The notes under the pieces are model-generated. The model did not search any database. It saw nothing but the letters and a program-made list of their open reading frames with translations, and had not been told where the DNA came from. DNA of 64,000 nucleotides from an uncultured Desulfobacteraceae bacterium. Its GTDB lineage: Bacteria; Desulfobacterota; Desulfobacteria; Desulfobacterales; UBA5616. The stretch is taken from positions 79,068 through 143,067 of the forward strand of contig CAYLRU010000005.1 of assembly GCA_964386565.1 (NCBI GenBank), written 5' to 3'. Every line of letters starts with the position of its first letter. The stretch's first letter is position 1. A program made the translations under genes and the position numbers. Shown one piece after another: positions 31,601 through 39,875 of the stretch.

Positions 31601-33891
31601 ACATGGGTGGAACGGCCGCTGTTGTTGGCCTCCGCCGTCACAAAGGCGAATCCGTCCAGGGGAGCGGTATTGGAACCGGGCGTCCGAAGAATATTTACGG
31701 CACTGCCGTCCACGGTACCCACATCCGCGGAATTGCTGAAAATCCCGCCTGTATTGTACGTCTTGAAAGAAACAGCCGTTCCGTCAGGAACCGGATTTCC
31801 GTAGATGTCGCCCACATTGACGGTTATGGCATCTTCCAGCCCTGCGTCTTCAAGGCCGGAAACATTCAGGTACTGGGCGGCGATGCCGAAGGCCTCTCCC
31901 ACGGGTGGTCCGTTGGCGATAATGATATTGTTCAAATCATAATTGATCTTGCTGTCAAAGAGATACGTGATCTTGATACCGATGGGACCGGATTTGGTTC
32001 CGCTCCTCAGGATCACGCTGACCTGTCCATCCTTTGTCGTGGCAAATGTGGGGGTGATCTCTTCTCCCCCGCCCAAACCGGAAGAAATGCTCAGGACAAA
32101 CGGGTACCCGTCGGCCACGGTCGTGCCTTCAATGTCTGAAATATCAAAGGTGATCTGCGAGGTGGACACGCCGCCGGTCCCCCGGATATTGATCACCGCC
32201 GGATCCGGAAAGCCTTCTGCAAGACTGATTTGGACTGGCGGTGGTAAAACCGTTATGGTACCGGAACCGCTTACCGGTGTTCCGCCGCTGTCCCATGTGG
32301 CGATCACCGTTACGGTCCCGCCTTTCTGGGCACCGGTAAACGGCACGACAACCTCGCCGTTCCCATCGGTAAGACCTGTTGCCGTAATGGTCCCCAAGCT
32401 CTGGTCGCTCAACGTGAACGCGACTTGTATGTTCTCACCTGCAGGCTCTCCAAACACGTTGGTCAACGCAGCCGTTACGTTGGCGGTATCCTGGCCCGTG
32501 GCGAGTAAAATATTCGGAACAATGGTCACCGATACGTTTCCCGGCGTGAATTCAATCTGGATCTCCTGATTTATTCCGCCTGCACTGGCCTGAATGGTGA
32601 TCACTTCCGGCGTGTCTCCTGCCGTCAGGGTCGCCGTGGCAATTCCGGTTCCTCCCTGGGTTACGGCCGTCGGAGTAATGCTGCCGCCGCCCGGGGCCTT
32701 GATTGCAAATTCCACCTCTATGCCGTCCGGTACGGTTCCGCCGCCGATCAGCGTCAACTGGGCCTTGACATCCGCCTCACTGGCGCCGTCCGCCGGCAGG
32801 GTGGCCGGATCAACGCTGAGGGTAATGGTGGCAACCTTGGGTCCTTCGATGGTAATCTCATACGTACCCAACAGTTCTTCACCCGTTGAATAGACCTCGA
32901 TGCTATCGGTTGTATTCGTCGCGGCAACCGGTGCCACATATGTGACCTGGGCCTGTCCGTCAGAATCCGTGGTTGCGATGTTGGAAGGTTCGAATGTGCC
33001 GTCCCCGGCAACGAATTTAAGCGTTTCACTGCCGGCGGGATTGTCGTTTTCATCGTACGCCCTGACCGTTATGACGCTCTGGATGGTGCCGAAAGGAATG
33101 CTGGTCGGATTTGCCGTTACCTGGACATGATCAACCGCACCGGCGACAAAATCGATTGAAATGGATTTTTCAAATCTGTTATCCACCGTTATTGTTACCT
33201 CGGTCTGGCCGACATTGGTCGAACTGACCAGATATGCGGATGACACACCATTGACCGTCTCCACTGTTTTCGGGTTCTCCAGAACCCGTACATAATCCTC
33301 GAATGTCCCGTATTGGGTACTGAACTCAACCTCAACACCGTCTGCAACCGGATTGCCGTTCTCATCCCTGACCACCGCCGTAATGAGAACCTTTGATTCT
33401 CCGTCCGCAACAATGGAAGCCGATCCGCTTGTGATGCTTATCCCGCTGTCCACGGGCGGGCCGACAATAGTGATATCGATGGTTTCAATGGCATCGTTAA
33501 CCGTCACGGTAACGGTTTCCGTGGGATCGAAATCCGAGATAACTTCCGCTGCGGTCAGGGTCGCCGTGGCAACACCGCCGGTGATGGTCGTCCTGTACGT
33601 CAACTGGACCCCGTCCTGGGTATCGTCAATATCCATGGTCTGGCTGGTAAACGTAACCTGGGTATTGTTTTGCATGGGATTACCGTCGATATCCGTAACC
33701 GTTGCCGTAATCACGGCCTGTGACTGGCCGTCACCAGCAAGGCGATCCACATCAAGGGTCAGGGTTATATCACCGACTTCAACCGCCGCATCTTCGCCAC
33801 CACCGCCTTTTGAACCGCATCCCGTTATTTGAAATGCAATTAACATCATACAAATAGACACAACAGTCCATATGGCTCGATTGAATTTCAT
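28690..33891 (-). CDS. giant (1733 aa) lipoprotein: at least 7 Ig-like (Big_1/invasin-type) repeats, an Asp-box (BNR) beta-propeller with inserted tandem modules, and a C-terminal Ig-like domain
   Basis: Lipobox LIAFQITGC then a Gly-rich linker. Repeated xVTAxVxDxxGNPVxxGxxVxF units. Asp-boxes SEDGGRTW, SVNGGYTW, STNGGLQW and SSDNGVTW. An uninterrupted 5.2-kb ORF 110 nt downstream of pilQ on the same strand. Confidence 0.85.
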   Translation of the reverse strand: MKFNRAIWTVVSICMMLIAFQITGCGSKGGGGEDAAVEVGDITLTLDVDRLAGDGQSQAVITATVTDIDGNPMQNNTQVTFTSQTMDIDDTQDGVQLTYRTTITGGVATATLTAAEVISDFDPTETVTVTVNDAIETIDITIVGPPVDSGISITSGSASIVADGESKVLITAVVRDENGNPVADGVEVEFSTQYGTFEDYVRVLENPKTVETVNGVSSAYLVSSTNVGQTEVTITVDNRFEKSISIDFVAGAVDHVQVTANPTSIPFGTIQSVITVRAYDENDNPAGSETLKFVAGDGTFEPSNIATTDSDGQAQVTYVAPVAATNTTDSIEVYSTGEELLGTYEITIEGPKVATITLSVDPATLPADGASEADVKAQLTLIGGGTVPDGIEVEFAIKAPGGGSITPTAVTQGGTGIATATLTAGDTPEVITIQASAGGINQEIQIEFTPGNVSVTIVPNILLATGQDTANVTAALTNVFGEPAGENIQVAFTLSDQSLGTITATGLTDGNGEVVVPFTGAQKGGTVTVIATWDSGGTPVSGSGTITVLPPPVQISLAEGFPDPAVINIRGTGGVSTSQITFDISDIEGTTVADGYPFVLSISSGLGGGEEITPTFATTKDGQVSVILRSGTKSGPIGIKITYLFDSKINYDLNNIIIANGPPVGEAFGIAAQYLNVSGLEDAGLEDAITVNVGDIYGNPVPDGTAVSFKTYNTGGIFSNSADVGTVDGSAVNILRTPGSNTAPLDGFAFVTAEANNSGRSTHVTSIDSYFDAQSELVYAGTDGGGVYKSEDGGRTWTNVSWSTGDNVGQNIIDPYVNDISIDPDDPNTIFAATGYLGRGNIYRSVNGGYTWNSNENPEEWYGVFSDNNAVLSILCDDGSDYVWAGTAGRGVVFVENGDDDVINFHWGGWVDPIGPTDWQDPDETILTNPANTGDGTVSDLTLSAASVTENWTLSYERIGITSTTPVLTDVSGSQAGGTMTVDAVDENAGTETWTATYLGGYGAKVIPNGDTVGEEAGILYVDAVTGGRNETWTVTCYDGGVGVDPKFTVTGSISLGNSNYDDISQPYTTDSGEVTFRIVETGLFTIGDTFVFRTTYDGKSRIENTNGELFVTSLSPSTKTEDWTVTCVNAAENQFEVISKWGSQTENHGLYKADPGVSFTSSGGEVTFFISETDVFVNGDVFTFHTVADGWQVNGSASGDQANIARTDVAYTSDNGDVSFTISWDTNFYGTGDFWQFETIATANWEVRGSESGVQENRAETGIPYVTDGYELYFLIEEGSTPFAPGDEFTFTLNDSGLGENRTVRDIVKKPGASGVNAELYAATGKGVYRSTNGGLQWIPTEGFGGDNIMAIACHPTQNVIYVGTESAGVWYSSDNGVTWIPKNDGFGKGLNATSPEPDVYNTGTGIMTIVEVGRDALSETWTVTCEEEVENGGRFSVKGSISGDVTGVDLYDITTGDYVIADVLTFNIADGYLDFAEGDFFTFSTTRDREQHIKDLVVASDGVANDNDRLYAVTYFEGALEPHAVSNVYSIGIDETTGELKDEDWIEANTGLPQFEPPDDTTLFAQHSLAYDNGTLFIGGEGINFYQAGTGVDTGTPVWIESKEGMFNRIMTRMPVLFSGECDMDIFDEINGQFITFKVYIQDENGNPPIAGSDLTVVQKIGDDEEVIFHYTYADGYTAPGTWRDITNPATNNPFIIGPMLNMGDFIFTYTPTCDTTTAPGCSGSIQELTY
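30010..31050 (-). repeat. intragenic tandem array of ~55-70 aa modules (protein-level repeat) inside the giant gene
   Basis: Recurring pattern [E/D]xWTVTC ... FxVxGSxSG ... YxSDxGEVxFxI ... FxxGDxFxFxT, seen about six times here and once more at 29425-29635. Confidence 0.7.
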
Positions 33892-34001
33892 TTATGCACC
33901 CTTCCAATCACTATTGTTTGTTCATATTGAATCTGCTTTTATTTAAATTACGCATGCCGGCACGGTAAATATTATGGTGCATGCCGCGAAAATGGCTGAA
34001 A

Positions 34002-36380
34002 CTACATCGCCCTTTGCTCCAACTGAACGATTCTGGGGGTGATGAAAATCAGCATTTCCTTATTCTCAGTGCTTTTCAGATCGTTTCGGAACAGCCATCC
34101 CAAACCCGGAATCCTGGAAAGTCCCGGGAATTTGGTTTCGCTAAAAGACTGGGTGTTTTTCATGATACCACCGATTACAATGGTATCACCGTCATTGACC
34201 AGAAGTTCGGTCTGTGCTTCGTTGGTGGAGATTTGGGGGATGCCGTCGAAACGTCCGGAGATGTCGTTCTTGGTAATCATGATGCTCATGGATATACGGC
34301 TGTCCGGCGTTACATGAGGGGTCACCTCAAGAAGCAGGTCCACATCCTTGAATTCCACATCCCGGCCTTCATCCGTACCTTCAGACTCGTCAAAATACCC
34401 CACTTCAAAGCCTTGTTTGATCATCGCCTTTTTATTGTCCAGGGTCACGATTTTGGGTGCAGACACGATCTTGACATCACTGGAACTCGCCAGCGCGGTC
34501 AATTGGGCATCCAGAACAAAGGGCGTTCCGGCAATCCGGGTAAAATTGAATCCGATTCCCGAGTTGCTGGCCGATGGAAAATTCATGGCAGTGGTCCATG
34601 CATAAGTTCCCCCGAGTATGTCGAAACCTCTTTGAGGTCCGATACCCGCTCTGGGGTCTGAAGACGTTATCCCTCCTGTCATGCCCCATTGAATACCGAT
34701 ATCTCTGGCCGTCTCCGAGTTCAATTCCACTATTTTCGCCTCGATAATCACCTGGGGCGTCACTTTATCGATATTCTTGACAATCTCCCTGGCCTGGGCG
34801 ATTTTTTCGGCAGTGTCCGTTATGATGATCTGATTGTTCCGTTCATCCACGCTGATGCTGCCGCGTTCCTTGGTGATGATGCTTTCAATATGCGGCAATA
34901 CTTCTTCTTTTGCATTGGAGTAACTGACGGAGATGTATTCGGTAATCAGGGGCGCCAGATCCTTGATTTTTTCCTTTGCCTCTCTCTCCGCTGTAACGCT
35001 CTCCATCAGGGATTCGGATTCCTCCTTAATCGTTTTCAGGGTAGCGATGCGAATGATATCGCCTTCGTAAATCACTCCCAATTGATTCATCTTCAAAACC
35101 AGATCCAGTATCTGGTCCCAGGGAACCGGTTTTTCAAGGGTCATGGTGACCTTTCCCCTGACGTCGTCATCGATAATGAAATTTTTCCTGCTGATTTCCC
35201 TGAGAATACGAAACACGTTCTTGATATCGGTTTCATAAAAATCCAGTGCAATCTTTTCTCCGGTATAAACCTTCTTTTCAAAATACTGATCCGTGGCGCT
35301 GATTGAAACGGTATCTTCCGTTTCAATCATTTCTTCTATTTCAATTTCCGGCTCGGTGACAGCACCGGATATGATTTTTTTCCAGGACGGCAGTTCCGCT
35401 GTTTCAAAAGGCCGGGGCGGAACCGAGGACGCCTCAAAGTGGACCATGATAAGGTTGTCGGACGTTTCGACAAAATACGGGACCGCCTCTCTGAGTTCGA
35501 TTGAAATCAGCGAATTGCCCTTCATGCTATCCGTCTGGACAGGAATTATCCTGTCCACGGCACTCTCAAAACGGGTGGTGATCAACTGCCGTTGACGAAA
35601 ATCCGGTATATTGGTCTGATAAAGATTCAGTTTCAGATGTTTATCCGTCACCTTCAGGATATCGTATTCCACCGGCCTTGATGTGCCGATGATAATGGTT
35701 GACTTTCCCGCTTCCTCGCTGGAAAAATCGATTCTGTTGACCCATGCCGGTTTGGCCGGCATCGTCATAGGCGGTTTTACAGTACCGCTTTCGGCCTGTT
35801 CATCAGCGCCCTGTGACAGGTCCCCCGCTATTCGGACATCGTTTGCCGCCAAAAGCTGCCCGGCACCCGCCTGGGCCGCCTTGTCATCGTCCCGCGCATC
35901 CGCCGTTACACCGGATGCCTTGCCCGGTATTTTTTTGAAAACAATATTAAGGGCATTGCCGTCTTGTGTCACCTGGTAGGGCACATCACGTTTCAACAGT
36001 ATGTTTACTCTTGCAGCGCTCCCGTTTTGACCGGATGCATTTGTTTCAACGGCGCTGATAATTTCATTTTCCGCTACGTCACCGGCAACACCCGCATCAA
36101 TTCCGGTTTCCGGGAAATACAGCACCACGCCCAGGGGGAACGGCTGCTTTACGGACGTATAGGTAAGCTTGTCCGATCCCTTAATGGCAACGGTCGTTGA
36201 CGCTGACGCATCAGATGCCTGAATATCGACAATCCGCCTTGATGGCACCGGAGGAGATTTTTCAACTGCCGTCATCTGGGTTGTGGTTGTTGCACATCCG
36301 GTAAAAAGTGCCATTAAACCCGCCATCATGATAAAGAATGCATCTCTTAAACGTAATGATGTCGTACTATTGTAATTCAT
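34002..36380 (-). CDS. pilQ: type IV pilus secretin
   Basis: N-terminal AMIN-like repeats, secretin N domains, and a C-terminal secretin core (...LVNDGDTIVIGGI...KFPGLSRIPGLGWLF...EMLIFITPRIV). Confidence 0.92.
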   Translation of the reverse strand: MNYNSTTSLRLRDAFFIMMAGLMALFTGCATTTTQMTAVEKSPPVPSRRIVDIQASDASASTTVAIKGSDKLTYTSVKQPFPLGVVLYFPETGIDAGVAGDVAENEIISAVETNASGQNGSAARVNILLKRDVPYQVTQDGNALNIVFKKIPGKASGVTADARDDDKAAQAGAGQLLAANDVRIAGDLSQGADEQAESGTVKPPMTMPAKPAWVNRIDFSSEEAGKSTIIIGTSRPVEYDILKVTDKHLKLNLYQTNIPDFRQRQLITTRFESAVDRIIPVQTDSMKGNSLISIELREAVPYFVETSDNLIMVHFEASSVPPRPFETAELPSWKKIISGAVTEPEIEIEEMIETEDTVSISATDQYFEKKVYTGEKIALDFYETDIKNVFRILREISRKNFIIDDDVRGKVTMTLEKPVPWDQILDLVLKMNQLGVIYEGDIIRIATLKTIKEESESLMESVTAEREAKEKIKDLAPLITEYISVSYSNAKEEVLPHIESIITKERGSISVDERNNQIIITDTAEKIAQAREIVKNIDKVTPQVIIEAKIVELNSETARDIGIQWGMTGGITSSDPRAGIGPQRGFDILGGTYAWTTAMNFPSASNSGIGFNFTRIAGTPFVLDAQLTALASSSDVKIVSAPKIVTLDNKKAMIKQGFEVGYFDESEGTDEGRDVEFKDVDLLLEVTPHVTPDSRISMSIMITKNDISGRFDGIPQISTNEAQTELLVNDGDTIVIGGIMKNTQSFSETKFPGLSRIPGLGWLFRNDLKSTENKEMLIFITPRIVQLEQRAM

Positions 36381-36384
36381 GTCG

Positions 36385-37074
36385 TTATTCTCCAGGAGTC
36401 TTCTGAAGTTTCATTTCCGTCTTTCTTATGGTAAAATTTCCTAAAATATCTTCCACTTCCTCTTCAACCACCACTTTATTTATCATTATGTCGACCACCC
36501 GACCGGAGTTCATTCCAATGTAGGTTCCTTCCTCAATGATATACCCCTTACCCGAAACCTCTTCAACCAGTGCCTTGTTTCCACTGGGAGCCAGCATAAC
36601 GGCAACAAGCTTCAACTGGCTTAAGGAAATCTGCTCCAGGGGCGTTAAAGGAACCCGGCGGGTTTTCTTTTCTTTCTTGGGTTGTATTTCGCCTGATCCG
36701 CCCTGTTCTCTGAATATCGGCGCAAATGGATCCAGCTTTCCGGTTGGATCGTATACATACGTCAGATCATCCGTTCTCTTGGTGATGACAATCGAAGGGA
36801 TGCCGGGTTTGTCTCTTTTGACTTCTTTTTTACCCTGTTGCGTCACATCGGGCCGGCTCACTTCAGCCGACCCCTGCTTCGCTGATTTCGCCGGAATCTC
36901 TTTTTTCTTTTCCGGCTCCGCTTCAGACGCCCCTTTATCGGCCACAACAATCTTTTTACTGATCACCTTTTTACGTTCCTTTACCTCGGGTTGTTTATCG
37001 CAACCCCAGAAAAGGAGCAGAAAACATCCTAAAAAAAGGGCCAGGTACCGCATGGTCACAGAGTAATTATGCAT
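36385..37074 (-). CDS. pilP: type IV pilus assembly lipoprotein PilP
   Basis: Lipobox LFWGC, a low-complexity Lys/Glu linker, and a C-terminal PilP beta-domain (LSQLKLVAVMLAPSGNKALVE...GRVVDI). Position between pilO and pilQ. Likely start at 37053. Confidence 0.8.
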   Translation of the reverse strand: MHNYSVTMRYLALFLGCFLLLFWGCDKQPEVKERKKVISKKIVVADKGASEAEPEKKKEIPAKSAKQGSAEVSRPDVTQQGKKEVKRDKPGIPSIVITKRTDDLTYVYDPTGKLDPFAPIFREQGGSGEIQPKKEKKTRRVPLTPLEQISLSQLKLVAVMLAPSGNKALVEEVSGKGYIIEEGTYIGMNSGRVVDIMINKVVVEEEVEDILGNFTIRKTEMKLQKTPGE

Positions 37075-37083
37075 GACGTTTCG

Positions 37084-37716
37084 CTACTTTTTCTTTTTGT
37101 TGTCTTTTTTTGTTTTCGTTTCGGGTTGTTTCTCAATAAACCTGTAAGTCACCGCCGTACAGGACGCATTGAGCACCGTACCGGTTTTTTGGGGTTTTAA
37201 ACTCAGATTCCTTATATTCACCACCCGTGGAAGGCCGGCCACCTTGCTCAGGAAAAGCCCCAGGTTGTGGTAATTTCCCGATACGATAATCGAGACGGGA
37301 ATTTCCGTATAAAAATCCTTCATGTCCTCTTTCTTCGGTTCAAATAATAAAAATTCCAAACCCGCGTCATGTCCGGACTGTGAGATACTGGTCAACAGAT
37401 CCGGGATCTCCTTCTTTTCCGGAAGCGCTCTCCTGACGATCCTGAAGTCTTCCTCTGCATCCTTCATCATTTTTCGGTATTTCGAAAGTTGGGCAGCTTC
37501 TTTTTTCATATTGGCAAGCTTTTTGTCCAACTTTTTAAGTTCCTTGTCCAGCTTATTGATTTCCTCGTATTTGGGAAGGAAGGAAAAATAAACAAATGCC
37601 CCTATAATAAGGACAACGGTTCCCAGACTGATAAGAAGTCGTTGTGCCTTTGACAGCGTCTCAACTTTTTCAATATAAGGCTCTATCACTTGTAAGGATA
37701 TGTCTAATTTTTTCAT
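37084..37716 (-). CDS. pilO: type IV pilus assembly protein PilO
   Basis: Single TM, coiled coil, and a C-terminal ferredoxin-like domain (IPVSIIVSGNYHNLGLFLSKVAGLPRVVNI). Confidence 0.85.
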   Translation of the reverse strand: MKKLDISLQVIEPYIEKVETLSKAQRLLISLGTVVLIIGAFVYFSFLPKYEEINKLDKELKKLDKKLANMKKEAAQLSKYRKMMKDAEEDFRIVRRALPEKKEIPDLLTSISQSGHDAGLEFLLFEPKKEDMKDFYTEIPVSIIVSGNYHNLGLFLSKVAGLPRVVNIRNLSLKPQKTGTVLNASCTAVTYRFIEKQPETKTKKDNKKKK

Positions 37717-37720
37717 TTTA

Positions 37721-38260
37721 TTATTTTTTGTTACAGGTTATGTGAAAGCTCTTCATATCGATCTGCTGATATTTCACTTGTTTCAGCGTATTGAGATTAA
37801 CGGCATTAAAAAGATCCGAATTTTCCAGCCGGATCATGAAGTCAGCGACGGTCTTGTTGTCAAGGGCGATTCCCGTAATGATCACGTTTGGCCCCTTGAA
37901 TGAAAAATCCGTAAACCACATCCGATTCGGCACAACCAGGCCCGTCATGGCATCAAGAAGCCTCACCGGTTCCGTCCGATTGGCTTCAAGATCCTTGATC
38001 ACCCGTATTTTCTTCTTTAATACCGCTATCTTATCTTTTATGGTCTGAATTTCCTTGTTGATCTTGGCATATTTTTCAATTTCATTTTTTGTGTGACGGA
38101 TCTGTTCATTCAGCGTATCAATTTTTTTTGCCAAGATGCTTTGGACAAAAAACAACGCAAGAACAATCAACACCAGGGAAAGAAAGAAAACGGATATTTG
38201 TCGCCTGATGTTCTCTTTTTTACGCGCTGCACGAAAGGGCAGAAGATTTATTCGTATCAT
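37721..38260 (-). CDS. pilN: type IV pilus assembly protein PilN
   Basis: MIRINLLPFR N-terminus (the PilM-binding motif) and one TM helix. ATGA overlap with the pilM stop. Confidence 0.87.
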   Translation of the reverse strand: MIRINLLPFRAARKKENIRRQISVFFLSLVLIVLALFFVQSILAKKIDTLNEQIRHTKNEIEKYAKINKEIQTIKDKIAVLKKKIRVIKDLEANRTEPVRLLDAMTGLVVPNRMWFTDFSFKGPNVIITGIALDNKTVADFMIRLENSDLFNAVNLNTLKQVKYQQIDMKSFHITCNKK

Positions 38261-39312
38261 TTGTCATCAACTTTTCTGAGTGCAAGGCCCATGCAAATTG
38301 CCGCCTGGGGTGCGATTGCTTTTATGTAAGAGGCTTGAAACTTGTCAATATCGACATCAATACTGGCAAAGGGATTAATCGGCTCCACTTCCGCAAACGT
38401 CTCTTCGGCGAGTAACTGGCGGAACTCCTTAATGTTTGCGCCTCCCCCGCTCAATATGATCTTCTTGATTTGATCATCAGGATACGTTGAATAGAAAAAA
38501 TCAAGGGCCCGCCGGATTTCATTACACCAGTCCGCGACCACGGATGATACAATCCCCTGGAGATGTTCCGGGGTCAGCTTGTCCCCGGGGTTATTGAGTT
38601 TTACCTGTTCGGCCTCTTCAATGGAGCAATTGATCATCGAAGCGATCTCCTGATTAATCTGGCCGCACCCCAGGGATACATCGCGCATGAACACCGAGGT
38701 GTTCTCCTTTAGAATGTTCAGCGATGTCTTGCTGGCGCCGATATCGATGAGGGCGACATTTTCACCGCCCGACCCGTAACTCAGTTCGTAAATGTTCTGG
38801 AGGGCAAAGGCATCGATATCGATAATGCAGGGGTTGAGGTTGGCCAACTGGATCAGGTTGATATAATTGTTAACCATTTCCTTTTTGGCCGCAACAAGAA
38901 TAACATTCATCTGGTTGGGATTTCCTTCCGCCTCACCCAGAATCTGAAAATCGATGTTCACATCGCTGATGTCAAAGGGGATATACTGCTCCGCTTCAAA
39001 ATGAATGGTCTCCTGAAGCTGGTCTTCCGACATGGTCTGAACGTTGATCTTTTTAACAATAACCGAGTACCCGCCGATGGAAACCGCGACATTCTGTTCT
39101 TTGATGTTATATGCCTTAAACAACTGGCGGATTACATTTGCCACCTGTACCGGATCAGTAATATTTCCTTCTTCGATCAGGCCCGGCGAGAGTTCAACCA
39201 TCCCGAATCTGGCCAAGCTCATCCCTTTTTTCGTCTCGAGGATTTCGCCTGCCTTTATCGATTTTGAGCCGATATCAAGTCCGACGAGAGTGTTTTTTTT
39301 ACCAAATAACAT
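38257..39312 (-). CDS. pilM: type IV pilus assembly ATPase-like protein PilM
   Basis: Actin/FtsA-like fold (VGLDIGSKSIK ... LIDIGASKT ... ILSGGGANI). Confidence 0.92.
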   Translation of the reverse strand: MLFGKKNTLVGLDIGSKSIKAGEILETKKGMSLARFGMVELSPGLIEEGNITDPVQVANVIRQLFKAYNIKEQNVAVSIGGYSVIVKKINVQTMSEDQLQETIHFEAEQYIPFDISDVNIDFQILGEAEGNPNQMNVILVAAKKEMVNNYINLIQLANLNPCIIDIDAFALQNIYELSYGSGGENVALIDIGASKTSLNILKENTSVFMRDVSLGCGQINQEIASMINCSIEEAEQVKLNNPGDKLTPEHLQGIVSSVVADWCNEIRRALDFFYSTYPDDQIKKIILSGGGANIKEFRQLLAEETFAEVEPINPFASIDVDIDKFQASYIKAIAPQAAICMGLALRKVDDK

Positions 39313-39321
39313 AATAAGCTC

Positions 39322-39519
39322 TTAATGGTTAAAAATTTTATTTTTGTCAGATAACTTCATTCCAAGAGCCAGAAGAATCTTTCTTTTGGTTTCCATTCGA
39401 CATGGTTTGCCGTCTTCAATCCGTGCTATGGTAAGGGGAGAAATATGTGCCTTTCTGGCGAGTTCCGCCTTACTCAACATAAGGGATTCCCTTATTTCTT
39501 TTAAGGCATTTTTTTTCAT
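39322..39519 (-). CDS. small XRE-family helix-turn-helix protein, first gene of the pilM operon
   Basis: LSKAELARKAHISPLTIARIEDG HTH. Stop lies 9 nt before the pilM start. Confidence 0.75.
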   Translation of the reverse strand: MKKNALKEIRESLMLSKAELARKAHISPLTIARIEDGKPCRMETKRKILLALGMKLSDKNKIFNH

Positions 39520-39542
39520 CGGAGGGAAAAGCTTTCTATTTA

Positions 39543-39568
39543 TTGCATATGATTATCATAAAATGCAA
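39543..39568. promoter_or_regulatory. inverted repeat TTGCAT-N14-ATGCAA enclosing ATGAT-T-ATCAT; candidate operator upstream of the XRE-pilM operon
   Basis: Arms at 39543-39548 and 39563-39568, with an inner palindrome at 39549-39559. Lies 24-49 nt upstream of the XRE start codon. Confidence 0.4.
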
Positions 39569-39634
39569 GAAGAAAAAAAAACAGCCGGAATATTTCGCAG
39601 TATCTTCTTTTGAGAATGAATTGTCAACATTTTT

Positions 39635-39658
39635 TATATAATTATGCATAATTATATA
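39635..39658. promoter_or_regulatory. perfect 24-bp AT-rich palindrome in the divergent pilM / kinase intergenic region
   Basis: TATATAATTATG|CATAATTATATA is its own reverse complement. Confidence 0.4.
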
Positions 39659-39875
39659 TATATTGTATTAACAAAAAGCCATGCGTCCATATGTGGTGTA
39701 AAAAGCCTGAAAAATTCACCATTCCGGCTTTCAGGACCGCCCGAAAAATACCAGAAGAATGAAATCCGGCTGATTTTGTCACCACTCAAAAAATTCCCGG
39801 CTTATAAAGGGGCGCCGGCAAAATCTTTTTGTATTTATTGACTTTAAACCGTCTTTCTTTTAATTATCTGAATTC

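Noticed and set aside
31943-32569. Plus-strand ORFs of 70-208 aa inside the giant gene (31603-32139, 31943-32569, 32594-32893, 33353-33832 and others).
   Set aside because: They are antisense to a continuous 5.2-kb ORF with clear domain repeats. Their translations are low-complexity Pro/Val/Thr/Ser-rich mirror images of the Gly/Thr/Val-rich sense frame. No SD and no recognisable motif.
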